32,000 bases of DNA. Source: an uncultured Syntrophomonadaceae bacterium (GTDB lineage: Bacteria; Bacillota; Dethiobacteria; DTU022). Shown here in pieces: positions 1 to 8,034 of this stretch. The stretch spans positions 6,804-38,803 of the forward strand of contig CAYTER010000017.1 in assembly GCA_964436815.1 (NCBI GenBank), given 5' to 3'. Made by a program: the position numbers and the translations under genes. The notes beneath the pieces were generated by a model. The model saw only the letters and a list, made by a program, of their open reading frames with translations. It did not search any database and was not told the DNA's origin. How positions within the stretch are numbered: position 1 is the stretch's first letter; each line of letters opens with the position of its first letter.

Positions 1-26
1 TTAGCAGTATTCACTTTACAGTAGAA

Positions 27-818
27 ATGCCGGAGAAAAACGATCAGAAATTGAGTAAGCTCTTTATTCCGGCGCGCAAACCGAAAGCTCTATTACTGGC
101 AGACAGCGATATTGCTGATCAGCTGACTGATGCTGTTGAAGCGGTGCAGTGGACTGTTGCGGGCAGCCTGGAACAGTTGGCTGAGGCTGCAGCGGATAAT
201 TATTATGATTTTGCCCTGCTTGATTTGTGGTTCAACGTTAAGGATCCGCTGGAAAAAATTAACATCATCTATAACTTTACAACTAACAGGAGCAACAATG
301 TAACCAGGCTGCCAATGCCTGCTCTGTCAGGAAAACTCTTCGGTGATGAATACCTGAAAATAATTAGTGGGCTAAAAGAGCGGATGCCGGTGGTAATGAT
401 AAATATTGTCGATCTGCTCTGGATAAAATATGCAGGGGAAGAAACTGAATCTCAAATCAACACCTACTTGGAGTTAGCCGATGAACTGCGCCGACTCAGA
501 GATACAGGGGTTGCCTTTCAGGTCATGAAGTATGGCGATTTCTGGACCGACTACTTCCTCCACCTGCTCAGTTCTGCCGGGGCGCGAGGAGTGATGCACC
601 TTTCTTTTGACGAGAAGTTGGAAGGGAGTAGTTTAAGAAGAAAAGATTCTGTAGCGGCATGTCTTGAACAAATATGGAAGCGCTTGCACTATGAAAAGAT
701 GGCTGACGAACTGGCCAGCCACCATAAAAAATTAACTTTTAACCCAGTCTGGAAGATTGATCATGAAGGTAAAGTGGTAGTGATCAACCTTGAAGATCTG
801 CGGTTGATGGAATATTAA
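27..818 (+). CDS. hypothetical protein with degenerate N-terminal receiver (REC)-like domain
   Basis: 263-aa ORF. The N-terminal part shows CheY-like landmarks: KALLLADSD acidic pocket, YDFALLDLWF candidate phospho-acceptor Asp, and GDEYLKIISGLKERMPVVMIN resembling the alpha3/beta4 region. There is an insertion of about 26 aa directly after the Asp, and Asn replaces the usual Thr/Ser. The C-terminal ~120 aa has no motif I recognise. No clear SD. Confidence 0.45.
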   Translation: MPEKNDQKLSKLFIPARKPKALLLADSDIADQLTDAVEAVQWTVAGSLEQLAEAAADNYYDFALLDLWFNVKDPLEKINIIYNFTTNRSNNVTRLPMPALSGKLFGDEYLKIISGLKERMPVVMINIVDLLWIKYAGEETESQINTYLELADELRRLRDTGVAFQVMKYGDFWTDYFLHLLSSAGARGVMHLSFDEKLEGSSLRRKDSVAACLEQIWKRLHYEKMADELASHHKKLTFNPVWKIDHEGKVVVINLEDLRLMEY

Positions 819-1214
819 TCAGTCATCTTTACTGATTTTATCTTTTAGTTCTCTGGCTTTTGCTTCAGCCTGCTCTTTTGCCTTAAGGGCGGCTTTTTTT
901 GCTTCATCAAATTTGTCTTCAGCTTTGTCCATCAACTCATCCGCTTTTACCTTGGCATCTTTGTAGGCATCTTCTGCTTTATCTATATATTCTTCCGATT
1001 TCTTTTTTGCTTCGGCATAAGCATCTCCGGCTTTGCCTTTCAGTTCTTCTGCTTTTACCTTTGCTGCTTCAAGCGAATCTTCGGCTTTATCCATTAGCCC
1101 TTCTGCTTTATCTTTGGCCACGTCAAGTGAATCTTCGGCTTTGTCTATTAACTCTTCTGTTTCTTCTTTTACTTTCTTAAGCACCTTATCCATTTTAGCT
1201 TTAAATTCTTCCAT
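819..1214 (-). CDS. amphipathic helical-repeat protein (LEA / YtxH / apolipoprotein-like, putative stress protein)
   Basis: 131-aa ORF with an AAGGAGGAG SD upstream of ATG 1214. Composition is dominated by K, E, D and A. Five tandem 18-aa units have the form DKAEDxxxxAKxKAxELM. No signal peptide or TM segment. Confidence 0.7.
   Translation of the reverse strand: MEEFKAKMDKVLKKVKEETEELIDKAEDSLDVAKDKAEGLMDKAEDSLEAAKVKAEELKGKAGDAYAEAKKKSEEYIDKAEDAYKDAKVKADELMDKAEDKFDEAKKAALKAKEQAEAKARELKDKISKDD
876..1145 (-). repeat. five tandem 54-nt (18-codon) coding repeats inside the LEA-like gene
   Basis: Protein units are aa 24-41 DKAEDSLDVAKDKAEGLM, 42-59 DKAEDSLEAAKVKAEELK, 60-77 GKAGDAYAEAKKKSEEYI, 78-95 DKAEDAYKDAKVKADELM and 96-113 DKAEDKFDEAKKAALKAK. 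DNA strings such as tcttcggctttatccat / tcttcggctttgtctat recur. Confidence 0.75.
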
Positions 1215-1374
1215 GCCCGGGACTCCTCCTTGATCTGAATAAAATATGTGCTTGCGCTGTAATTATACCACCACCCTGGTCAAGTTGATATTATTTTCAG
1301 GGTTTTTACTCAGAAACCTAGAATAACCGATATGGTAGAATTAGTACCACTGAAGACAGGCAGGGTGCGACGAT

Positions 1375-2742
1375 ATGCAACGTAGTGTCGATATCACCAG
1401 GGTCAGAATACTTAACAACAAATCAGCGGGTATGGGGCCGGTAATCTATTGGATGAGCCGTGACCAGAGAGTTGATGATAACTGGGCTTTGCTTTATGCC
1501 CGCGAACAGGCTGCTATTCTTAAACAACCTTTAGTGGTAGTATTTTGCCTGGTTCCGAAGTTCCTGGGCGCTACCTTTCAGCAATATTCTTTTATGCTTG
1601 ACGGTCTAAAGGAATTTGAAAAGCGGGTAAGCAGTTTCGGGATCGGATTTGTACTGCTCTCCGGTCAACCGGAATCTGAAATACCGGGTTTCATGAAAAA
1701 GTTACAGGCCGGGGTGCTGGTCACCGATTTTTCACCTCTGCGTCTTGCCCGCGGTTGGAGAAGCCGGGTAGCAAAAAGGATTGATGTGGTTGGCTATGAA
1801 GTTGATGCTCATAATATTGTTCCCTGCTGGGAAGCATCCGATAAACAGGAATACGCTGCTTACACTATTCGTCCAAAGATTAACCGCCTGCTTCCTGAAT
1901 ACCTGGTTAATATCCCTAAACTAGAAAAAACTCCATTCGGCGGTTCAGCGTTCAGCATCAAAACGGATTGGGAAGGTTTGTTAAAAAGCCTGCCGGTCGA
2001 TCGGGCTGTGGGGTTTATCGATACATTCAAAACCGGTGAAGTTGCAGCCGGGAAAGCGATGGGTGATTTTCTAAATGACCGTCTACCCTACTATGCCAAC
2101 CTGCGCAACGATCCCACGGAATGCGGACAGTCGGACCTCTCTCCTTACCTGCACTTCGGTCAGCTAAGCGCTCAAAGGTTGGCGTTTGAAGTTAAGAAAA
2201 GAGCGGGCAATACCACGGCCGGTCAGGATTTCCTTGAGGAGCTGGTCATCAGGAGGGAGTTGGCCGATAACTTTTGCTATTACAATCAAAGCTACGATAC
2301 GACTGCTTCATTTCCCCGCTGGGCTAAAGAAACACTGGCTGAACACCGGTCAGACAGACGCGAGTACCTGTATTCTTTAAAACAGTTTGAAACAGCACAG
2401 ACGCATGATGATTTATGGAATGCCGCTCAACTGCAGATGGTTTTCAGCGGCAAAATGCATGGTTACCTGCGGATGTACTGGGCAAAAAAAATATTGGAGT
2501 GGAGCAGCTCACCGGAGCAGGCGATGGAAACGGCCATCTATTTAAATGACCGGTACTCTCTGGATGGCCGTGATCCGAACGGTTACGCCGGGATTGCCTG
2601 GAGTATCGGCGGGGTTCATGACCGGGCCTGGCCTCAGCGACCCATTTTCGGCAAGATTCGCTACATGAGTTATAATGGCAGCAGATCAAAATTCAACGTC
2701 AAAAAGTATATCGAACAGATCAATGTTGCTGTCCAAGGTTAA
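1375..2742 (+). CDS. phr: deoxyribodipyrimidine (CPD) photolyase, class II
   Basis: 455 aa. Class II hallmark blocks are present: GPVIYWMSRDQRVDDNWALLYA near the N-terminus, GKMHGYLRMYWAKKILEW, and NGYAGIAWSIGGVHDRAWPQRPIFGKIRYM near the C-terminus. Confidence 0.9.
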   Translation: MQRSVDITRVRILNNKSAGMGPVIYWMSRDQRVDDNWALLYAREQAAILKQPLVVVFCLVPKFLGATFQQYSFMLDGLKEFEKRVSSFGIGFVLLSGQPESEIPGFMKKLQAGVLVTDFSPLRLARGWRSRVAKRIDVVGYEVDAHNIVPCWEASDKQEYAAYTIRPKINRLLPEYLVNIPKLEKTPFGGSAFSIKTDWEGLLKSLPVDRAVGFIDTFKTGEVAAGKAMGDFLNDRLPYYANLRNDPTECGQSDLSPYLHFGQLSAQRLAFEVKKRAGNTTAGQDFLEELVIRRELADNFCYYNQSYDTTASFPRWAKETLAEHRSDRREYLYSLKQFETAQTHDDLWNAAQLQMVFSGKMHGYLRMYWAKKILEWSSSPEQAMETAIYLNDRYSLDGRDPNGYAGIAWSIGGVHDRAWPQRPIFGKIRYMSYNGSRSKFNVKKYIEQINVAVQG

Positions 2743-2836
2743 AGGATTTACAGTGTCCTTAAGATGTCTGGATTAATTACCCCTGAGTTCAGCAATTCAG
2801 ATCAAATTATCCGCAGGAACCTTCGCCGCTCTTACC

Positions 2837-3880
2837 CTAGATGATCTCCAGCGTTCTTAAGTAAGACCTGATTTGGTTTCTCATCTCGACAAATTCAGGA
2901 TAACGATAGAAAAATTGAATTTTCGGGTGTTGCTTAAGATGTTCTTTAAGGGAATCATCGAATACAAAATAGGTAAATGATTCAGCTATATCTTCTGTCG
3001 GGCTGGTGGCGGCATAGTTGGTGATGAATTTTTCCCGGTGGGTTTCATAAAAATTATCTAAGTGCTCCATCAGGATTTCTTCATATTCATCGGCCAGCGC
3101 TTCATCACCTTCATATAATACGCCATATTTATAAAAAAACGCAGACCACTCATCGAATAGATCAGCCCAGAATAGCTGGAAAAATTGGTTCATATATGAG
3201 TCTTCGTAGGTGTCTAAGTCGTATTCAAAGATGAAATAAGTATCAGGGTTGGAATCTTCCTCCTCCAGCCATGCTGCCTGGTCGGAAGAGAGGGTGATGA
3301 TATGGGCTAACTCGTGAACGATCGTTTCCACCAGCTGGTTATATTTCACTTCACGCTGATCATCAAGCATGTCTCCCAAATCGATACTCAAAATAACGCT
3401 GTTTGTACGGCCTTCAACCTCTTCGATCGCTCCCAGAAAATTATCGACTCCATCGGTGAATATTTCCAGGTAAATGATATGCTTAAGATACGGGGCTGGG
3501 ATTATTCCTTTAACCAGGGCCCACACAGTGCGGCTGTGCCTCAGGTTTTCCTGAAGGGCAATCATCTCTTCCAGGCTGAGATTTAATTCATCGGTAAAAT
3601 CGGTATATTGGGTTTCGCTGATTGTTGGGGTAATAACAGGGCCAAGCTCACCATCTTCAATGGTGTAAAAAGCAATGATAAAATAATCGGCTCTTTCGTG
3701 GTAGCTTTCAAAATCAAATTCGCCTGTTACAATTGAATAATCATATATTTTCTCATTCGGGCGCAGCTGACCGCCCGACAGTTGATCGCTGGAGTCCAGG
3801 AGGGCAAGAATTCCAATGGCCATTAAGGCCACTACTAATAATATTATCAGCCAGGATTTTCTCATCACAGTACCTTTCAT
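2837..3880 (-). CDS. membrane-anchored acidic protein with HExxH motif (putative zinc metallopeptidase)
   Basis: 347 aa. N-terminal hydrophobic anchor (WLIILLVVALMAIGILALL). HExxH in IVHELAHIITL, with a downstream SPTEDIAESFTYF block that could supply a Glu ligand. Very D/E/Y/F-rich. The family was not recognised. The start could be ATG 3865 instead. Confidence 0.5.
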   Translation of the reverse strand: MKGTVMRKSWLIILLVVALMAIGILALLDSSDQLSGGQLRPNEKIYDYSIVTGEFDFESYHERADYFIIAFYTIEDGELGPVITPTISETQYTDFTDELNLSLEEMIALQENLRHSRTVWALVKGIIPAPYLKHIIYLEIFTDGVDNFLGAIEEVEGRTNSVILSIDLGDMLDDQREVKYNQLVETIVHELAHIITLSSDQAAWLEEEDSNPDTYFIFEYDLDTYEDSYMNQFFQLFWADLFDEWSAFFYKYGVLYEGDEALADEYEEILMEHLDNFYETHREKFITNYAATSPTEDIAESFTYFVFDDSLKEHLKQHPKIQFFYRYPEFVEMRNQIRSYLRTLEII

Positions 3881-3904
3881 AGTCTACTGCTCTTGTCTAC
3901 TGTT

Positions 3905-4336
3905 TTATTTGCGAAGAAGGAATTTCCTAATGCCCGCTGTCGGAAACTGTTCGTTTTCAGATAAGATGCAAAAGGCTAACAGGGCACCAGCAAAGCCGAT
4001 TAAGAAATAGAAAATATGGGCGAAAACAACTGCCCTTAGAAACAGGCACTGAACAGCAATAAAGATCATCAAGGCCCAGGAAGAGAAGGAGCTGTAATAA
4101 CCCTGGTATTCAGATTTTAATACTGCCATGGCGCCGCTAAACAGGCTGCCGACACCGATAATAATCAATAGGATCAGTCCCGGGATGAGAAAGTTAGTAA
4201 ATGGTGTGTGCTCAAGTGCTTCAAGCGGAAAACCCAACGGGCTTACGGGGTTGAGGATTGCCGCCCCACCGCCAAGAAGTGCTCCGGCACCAACAAAAAA
4301 ATGCAGGACAGCCAGAACCGTGTATTTAAATTTCAT
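3905..4336 (-). CDS. small integral membrane protein (about 4 TM)
   Basis: 143 aa consisting almost entirely of hydrophobic segments. AGGGTG SD lies 7 nt before ATG 4336. Confidence 0.6.
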   Translation of the reverse strand: MKFKYTVLAVLHFFVGAGALLGGGAAILNPVSPLGFPLEALEHTPFTNFLIPGLILLIIIGVGSLFSGAMAVLKSEYQGYYSSFSSWALMIFIAVQCLFLRAVVFAHIFYFLIGFAGALLAFCILSENEQFPTAGIRKFLLRK

Positions 4337-4460
4337 TATAAATCACCCTATTAAATTATAGTTTGCCCTGTTCATGTTGGCAATTATTATTGTTTAATTG
4401 AAGGCGGTATCAGGCAGATTGTAGAATAAAGGTTATAAGAATTTAACACCGGTTAGTCAG

Positions 4461-5696
4461 GTGAAGCAAACAGTGAAATCGATCTCAGCCTATTTGGAAG
4501 AATACATATTTCCCGAAGACCGAAGCCAGACGGTAACGCAACACCGTAACCTGAGCGGACTAAGTATTCCCTATTATATAAATCAGTTCTGGACAGCCAG
4601 GCAGCGCCAGGCTTCTTCGATCCACGAAGTATCATATCGAGCTTGCTTCAAGGCTCAGCTGCCCCGTTTCTTTATTGATCTTTTAACCCTGCCGGGAGAC
4701 AGAGTCTATGATCCCTTCAGCGGTCGGGGAACAACTATTATCGAAGCAGCCCTGATGGGGCGCGAGGTTATAGCTAATGATGTTAACCCCTTAAGCACTA
4801 TCCTGGCTAAACCCCGCTTAGAAATTCCTCCGCTAGATGCCGTACTGGAACGAATTGAGGAAATTCCCATTCAGGCGAAACTGAAAGCCGATCTGGACCT
4901 GTCAATGTTTTACCATCCGGATACAGAGGCGGAAATTGTCTCGTTAAAGAAATATCTGCAGAAGCGCAGTGCCGAAAAAGCTGAAGATGATCTGGACCGC
5001 TGGCTGCGCATGGTAGCAACCAACCGCCTGACCGGTCATTCAAGCGGCTTCTTCTCGGTTTATACCCTCCCACCCAATCAGGCGGTATCACCGGAAAGCC
5101 AGATAAAGATTAATCAAAAACGCAATCAAAACCCCCCTTACCGCAGTGTCAGCAAACTTATTGGTCGAAAAACCGCTTCACTTCTCCGGAACCTCAGCGG
5201 CCTTCAGGTTGAAAACCTTAACAGAGCCGCCCGATCTGCCCTTTTCTTGCAATGCGATGCGGCCGATACTCCTCAGATTGAGGATTGCTCGGTTAAGCTG
5301 ACTGTTACTTCACCGCCTTTTCTTGATGTTGTCCAGTATGCACAAGACAACTGGCTCAGGTGTTGGTTCAACGATCTTGACAGCGCTGTTATTGAAAAAA
5401 AATTAACCCTGCCCAGGACAGTCGAACAATGGTCGAAAGCCATGAGTAAAGTATTTGCGGAGCTCTACAGAATTACCGCACCAGGGGGCTGGGTCGCCTT
5501 TGAGGTTGGCGAGGTCAGAAAAGGTAAGATCAGGTTGGAAGAGTCCGTTATTCCTTTGGGGAAGGCTGCCGGTTTTCACTGCGAAGGGGTTTTAATCAAC
5601 AGCCAGCCTTTTACCAAGACCGCAAATATCTGGGGCATTGATAATAACAAAAGTGGGACCAATACCAACCGGATCGTTATTTTTAATAAAACGTAA
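4461..5696 (+). CDS. DNA methyltransferase (N6-adenine or N4-cytosine type), solitary
   Basis: 411 aa with a GTG start. SAM-binding block LPRFFIDLLTLPGDRVYDPFSGRGTTIIEAALMGREVIANDVNP (motif X/I, encoded from about 4710). Catalytic-type block VKLTVTSPPFLDVVQY (motif IV; SPPF encoded 5310..5321). No endonuclease-like neighbour. Confidence 0.75.
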   Translation: MKQTVKSISAYLEEYIFPEDRSQTVTQHRNLSGLSIPYYINQFWTARQRQASSIHEVSYRACFKAQLPRFFIDLLTLPGDRVYDPFSGRGTTIIEAALMGREVIANDVNPLSTILAKPRLEIPPLDAVLERIEEIPIQAKLKADLDLSMFYHPDTEAEIVSLKKYLQKRSAEKAEDDLDRWLRMVATNRLTGHSSGFFSVYTLPPNQAVSPESQIKINQKRNQNPPYRSVSKLIGRKTASLLRNLSGLQVENLNRAARSALFLQCDAADTPQIEDCSVKLTVTSPPFLDVVQYAQDNWLRCWFNDLDSAVIEKKLTLPRTVEQWSKAMSKVFAELYRITAPGGWVAFEVGEVRKGKIRLEESVIPLGKAAGFHCEGVLINSQPFTKTANIWGIDNNKSGTNTNRIVIFNKT

Positions 5697-5751
5697 TCCT
5701 CCAGCCCTGTATAAGAAATTTAAAGGGAGAAAGGGATCTTAATAAATTCCC

Positions 5752-5961
5752 TTAGTCTTCAAAAACAAACAGATCATCAATGGTAGTATGCAGCGCTTTC
5801 GACAGCTCATGCGCCAGCAGCAGGGAGGGATTATACTTCCCTTTTTCCAGGTGAACTATTGTTTCCCTCCTGACTCCCACCTTTTTAGCCAGCTCATCCT
5901 GGGTCAGGTCGTGCCTGGCGCGGTATTCTTTTATTCGAGATTTAAAAAGTGGATTAGTCAT
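5752..5961 (-). CDS. XRE-family helix-turn-helix transcriptional regulator (short, YozG-like)
   Basis: Core sequence [44 protein letters not shown] is a classic Cro/C1 HTH. I use the start at ATG 5961 (MTNPLF...), which overlaps the stop of the upstream membrane gene by 8 nt. The ORF-track start at 6009 would lie deep inside that gene. Confidence 0.8.
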   Translation of the reverse strand: MTNPLFKSRIKEYRARHDLTQDELAKKVGVRRETIVHLEKGKYNPSLLLAHELSKALHTTIDDLFVFED

Positions 5962-6310
5962 CGTTATCTTCCTTTTCAGTCCGATCATAGTAAGGTAAAG
6001 ACAGTGCAAATACGATTACCGCCAGGGCAAAATTAATCACGAAACCTGCTATGTATACTCCGGCATTTTGGGTTATCGCCCCGGCGACAATGATGATAGC
6101 GGACCAGACAAGGGTTACAAAAAATGCATTGCGGCAGGCCTTGTTCAGATTTTCTGCAAAGCGCTCATCTGGGATGATTTTAAAAAAACTAAACCAGCCG
6201 AAGAACCCAAAAAAACCGTAAAAACCGAAATTACCTGTAAAGTAACCCAGTAAACCCAACAAACCAAGAAAACCAAGATAGCCAAGCCAGCATTTTTTCA
6301 TTGTTTTCAC
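5954..6310 (-). CDS. small membrane protein with Gly-aromatic N-terminal repeat, co-transcribed with the HTH regulator
   Basis: 118 aa. AAGGAG SD lies 7 nt before ATG 6310. N-terminus is [32 protein letters not shown], followed by two further hydrophobic helices and an acidic tail. Confidence 0.65.
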   Translation of the reverse strand: MKTMKKCWLGYLGFLGLLGLLGYFTGNFGFYGFFGFFGWFSFFKIIPDERFAENLNKACRNAFFVTLVWSAIIIVAGAITQNAGVYIAGFVINFALAVIVFALSLPYYDRTEKEDNDD

Positions 6311-6406
6311 TCCTTAAGTTATAAATAGCACATATTTTGTTATAAATATATAACATACAGTTTAATATGTCAAGTCCCTAAATGAATTAATTAATAAGAA
6401 GTGGGG

Positions 6407-6435
6407 TTGACAATATAACAGCTGTTATATATAAT
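6407..6435 (+). promoter_or_regulatory. sigma-A type promoter of the tetR unit (TTGACA-N17-TATAAT)
   Basis: Exact consensus -35 TTGACA (6407..6412), a 17-nt spacer, and exact -10 TATAAT (6430..6435). It lies 46 nt upstream of ATG 6481, which has an AAGGAGGTG SD. Confidence 0.7.
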
Positions 6436-6447
6436 AACACATGTTAT
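6413..6447. promoter_or_regulatory. two tandem operator-like palindromes (ATAACA-N2-TGTTAT)
   Basis: A perfect 18-bp palindrome ATATAACAGCTGTTATAT (6413..6430) fills the promoter spacer. A second site, ATAACACATGTTAT (6434..6447), lies 19 bp centre-to-centre downstream. An inverted version, TGTTATA-aata-TATAACA, occurs at 6338..6355. Confidence 0.6.
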
Positions 6448-6480
6448 ATAATCTATCGCAATTTCCAAGGAGGTGGTTAA

Positions 6481-7080
6481 ATGATCCAGCCAAGTGTTTA
6501 CTCCCGTCAGCAGATTGTAGATGCGGCTTTTGAGTTGATCAGGGAGGAAGGATGGCCGGCTGTTTCAACACGGGCAATCGCCAAAAAAATTGGTTCTTCC
6601 ACTATGCCGATCTATTCTCATGTCCGCTCGGTTGACGAACTGAAAAAAGAGCTGACTTTCAGGGCAAAGGAGCGGCAGATAGAGTTTCAAACCAAATCAT
6701 ATACTGAAGAATCACTTCTTAATGCTGCGTTCGGTTATGTTGTGTTTGCCCGCGATGAAAAAATGCTGTTCCGCTTCTTATACCTTGAAACCCAGGCTCA
6801 ACTTGATCTGGAGAAGAAAGAAGAGATGAAAGATACCTTTATAGCAGATTTGGGCGGCATTCAGGAAATAGCAGCGGAATTAGCGGAGCTGAATGAAGCC
6901 GGACATTCAACCCTGGTAACCTATAGTTGGATTTTTACTCATGGCCTGGCTATGTTGGTTAATGCCGGCGGTGATCAGGAGCTATCCGATCAGGCCATTC
7001 TTGACTATCTGAAAAATGCCGGTGCGGCATTTTATCTCTGGAGTAACAGGAAAGGAGATCTGAAAAATGACGATCAATAA
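6481..7080 (+). CDS. TetR/AcrR-family transcriptional regulator
   Basis: 199 aa. The N-terminal HTH block IVDAAFELIREEGWPAVSTRAIAKKIGSSTMPIYSHV is typical of TetR_N. Strong SD. Confidence 0.85.
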   Translation: MIQPSVYSRQQIVDAAFELIREEGWPAVSTRAIAKKIGSSTMPIYSHVRSVDELKKELTFRAKERQIEFQTKSYTEESLLNAAFGYVVFARDEKMLFRFLYLETQAQLDLEKKEEMKDTFIADLGGIQEIAAELAELNEAGHSTLVTYSWIFTHGLAMLVNAGGDQELSDQAILDYLKNAGAAFYLWSNRKGDLKNDDQ

Positions 7081-8014
7081 AAAGCCGGTTTTTTTAAAAT
7101 ATCTCGGCCGTTTTGTCTTTGTTCATCTAATAACCATAACGGCGGTAGCTTTTGTCTTTGTATCAGTGCAGGAACTGCTTCCGCCGGCAAACAGAATTGC
7201 CCTCGATTTCTTCAAACCTTTTAGCTTCGAACTGCTCGAAGCCCCGGTGCAGATCCTGCGGGGCGCAGTGATGGCTGTCGTGCTCTACCCATTTTACAAT
7301 TTGATTGTGAGAAGTAAAAATGCAGCCTATATTTTGTTTGCGGCGCTCTGGGGTCTGGTCCTCCTGGGTTCTCTTGAACCGGCTCCAGGAACAATTGAAG
7401 GAATGATTTATACCGAAACGAGCCTGCTGGAGCACTTGCTGGTGCTGATCGCCGGTGCTGTCCAGGTGGCAATTTTCTGCCGTTTCTTTCTGCGCTGGGA
7501 AAGAGCCGGTATGATTCAAAATGAAGGTGGAGCGGACAGTTCAGAATTAATAGAGCCGGGAAAAATTACGAATTGGAGCGGAGGACGCTATATCTTCCGG
7601 TTCACGATCCTTCACCTACTGGTCTACTGGCTGGTGGGCAGCCTATTTTACCAGATATCGGGTTATGAAGAAGCGCTGGCCGAAATGGAGATATTTACTC
7701 TTTACCGACCCTTGGAAAACCTGATCATGGTTGCAGCTGTTTTTTTCGGTCAGATTTTTCGTGGGGCGCTGATTTCACAGCTTGTATATCCTTTTTATGA
7801 CAGTTACACCAGGCATAAAAAGGGCTGGCTGCTGCTTTTTGGACTGCTCTGCGGACTCCAGGTATTAACGGCAATCGTGTTTATTCCGGTAAGTCTTACA
7901 GAAATTAAAGAGTTGGCCTTTGGTGTGCCTGAGATTGTAGCGCAGACCCTTCTCTTTTCGCTGCTCTTTTTTGCCTGGGAAAAGCGAAAGATAAACAATA
8001 CAGCGTTTAAGTGA
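7067..8014 (+). CDS. polytopic membrane protein of unknown function (TetR-linked)
   Basis: 315 aa with at least 7 hydrophobic segments. Overlaps the tetR stop by 14 nt. AAGGAG SD upstream of ATG 7067. Confidence 0.6.
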   Translation: MTINKKPVFLKYLGRFVFVHLITITAVAFVFVSVQELLPPANRIALDFFKPFSFELLEAPVQILRGAVMAVVLYPFYNLIVRSKNAAYILFAALWGLVLLGSLEPAPGTIEGMIYTETSLLEHLLVLIAGAVQVAIFCRFFLRWERAGMIQNEGGADSSELIEPGKITNWSGGRYIFRFTILHLLVYWLVGSLFYQISGYEEALAEMEIFTLYRPLENLIMVAAVFFGQIFRGALISQLVYPFYDSYTRHKKGWLLLFGLLCGLQVLTAIVFIPVSLTEIKELAFGVPEIVAQTLLFSLLFFAWEKRKINNTAFK

Positions 8015-8034
8015 AAACCCTGCCTGCTAGCTGA

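Noticed and set aside
899-1233. Two plus-strand ORFs (93 and 66 aa) inside the LEA-like gene
   Set aside because: These are Leu/Ser/Pro-rich low-complexity translations. They are the expected antisense artefact of a K/E/A-rich repeat gene. No start signals are present.
5130-5141. NPPY tetrapeptide (aa 224-227) as the catalytic motif IV of the methyltransferase
   Set aside because: It sits in a polar KRNQNPPYRS context with no preceding hydrophobic beta-strand. SPPF after VKLTVT has the canonical motif IV context.
5752-5961. The XRE HTH as a controller (C) protein of a restriction-modification system with the 4461..5696 methylase
   Set aside because: It is convergent with the methylase, translationally coupled to a small membrane protein, and no endonuclease ORF exists between or around them.
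7163-7519. Minus-strand ORFs (118 and 83 aa) inside the TetR-linked membrane protein gene
   Set aside because: They are antisense to a long hydrophobic ORF that is translationally coupled to tetR, and nothing supports them.
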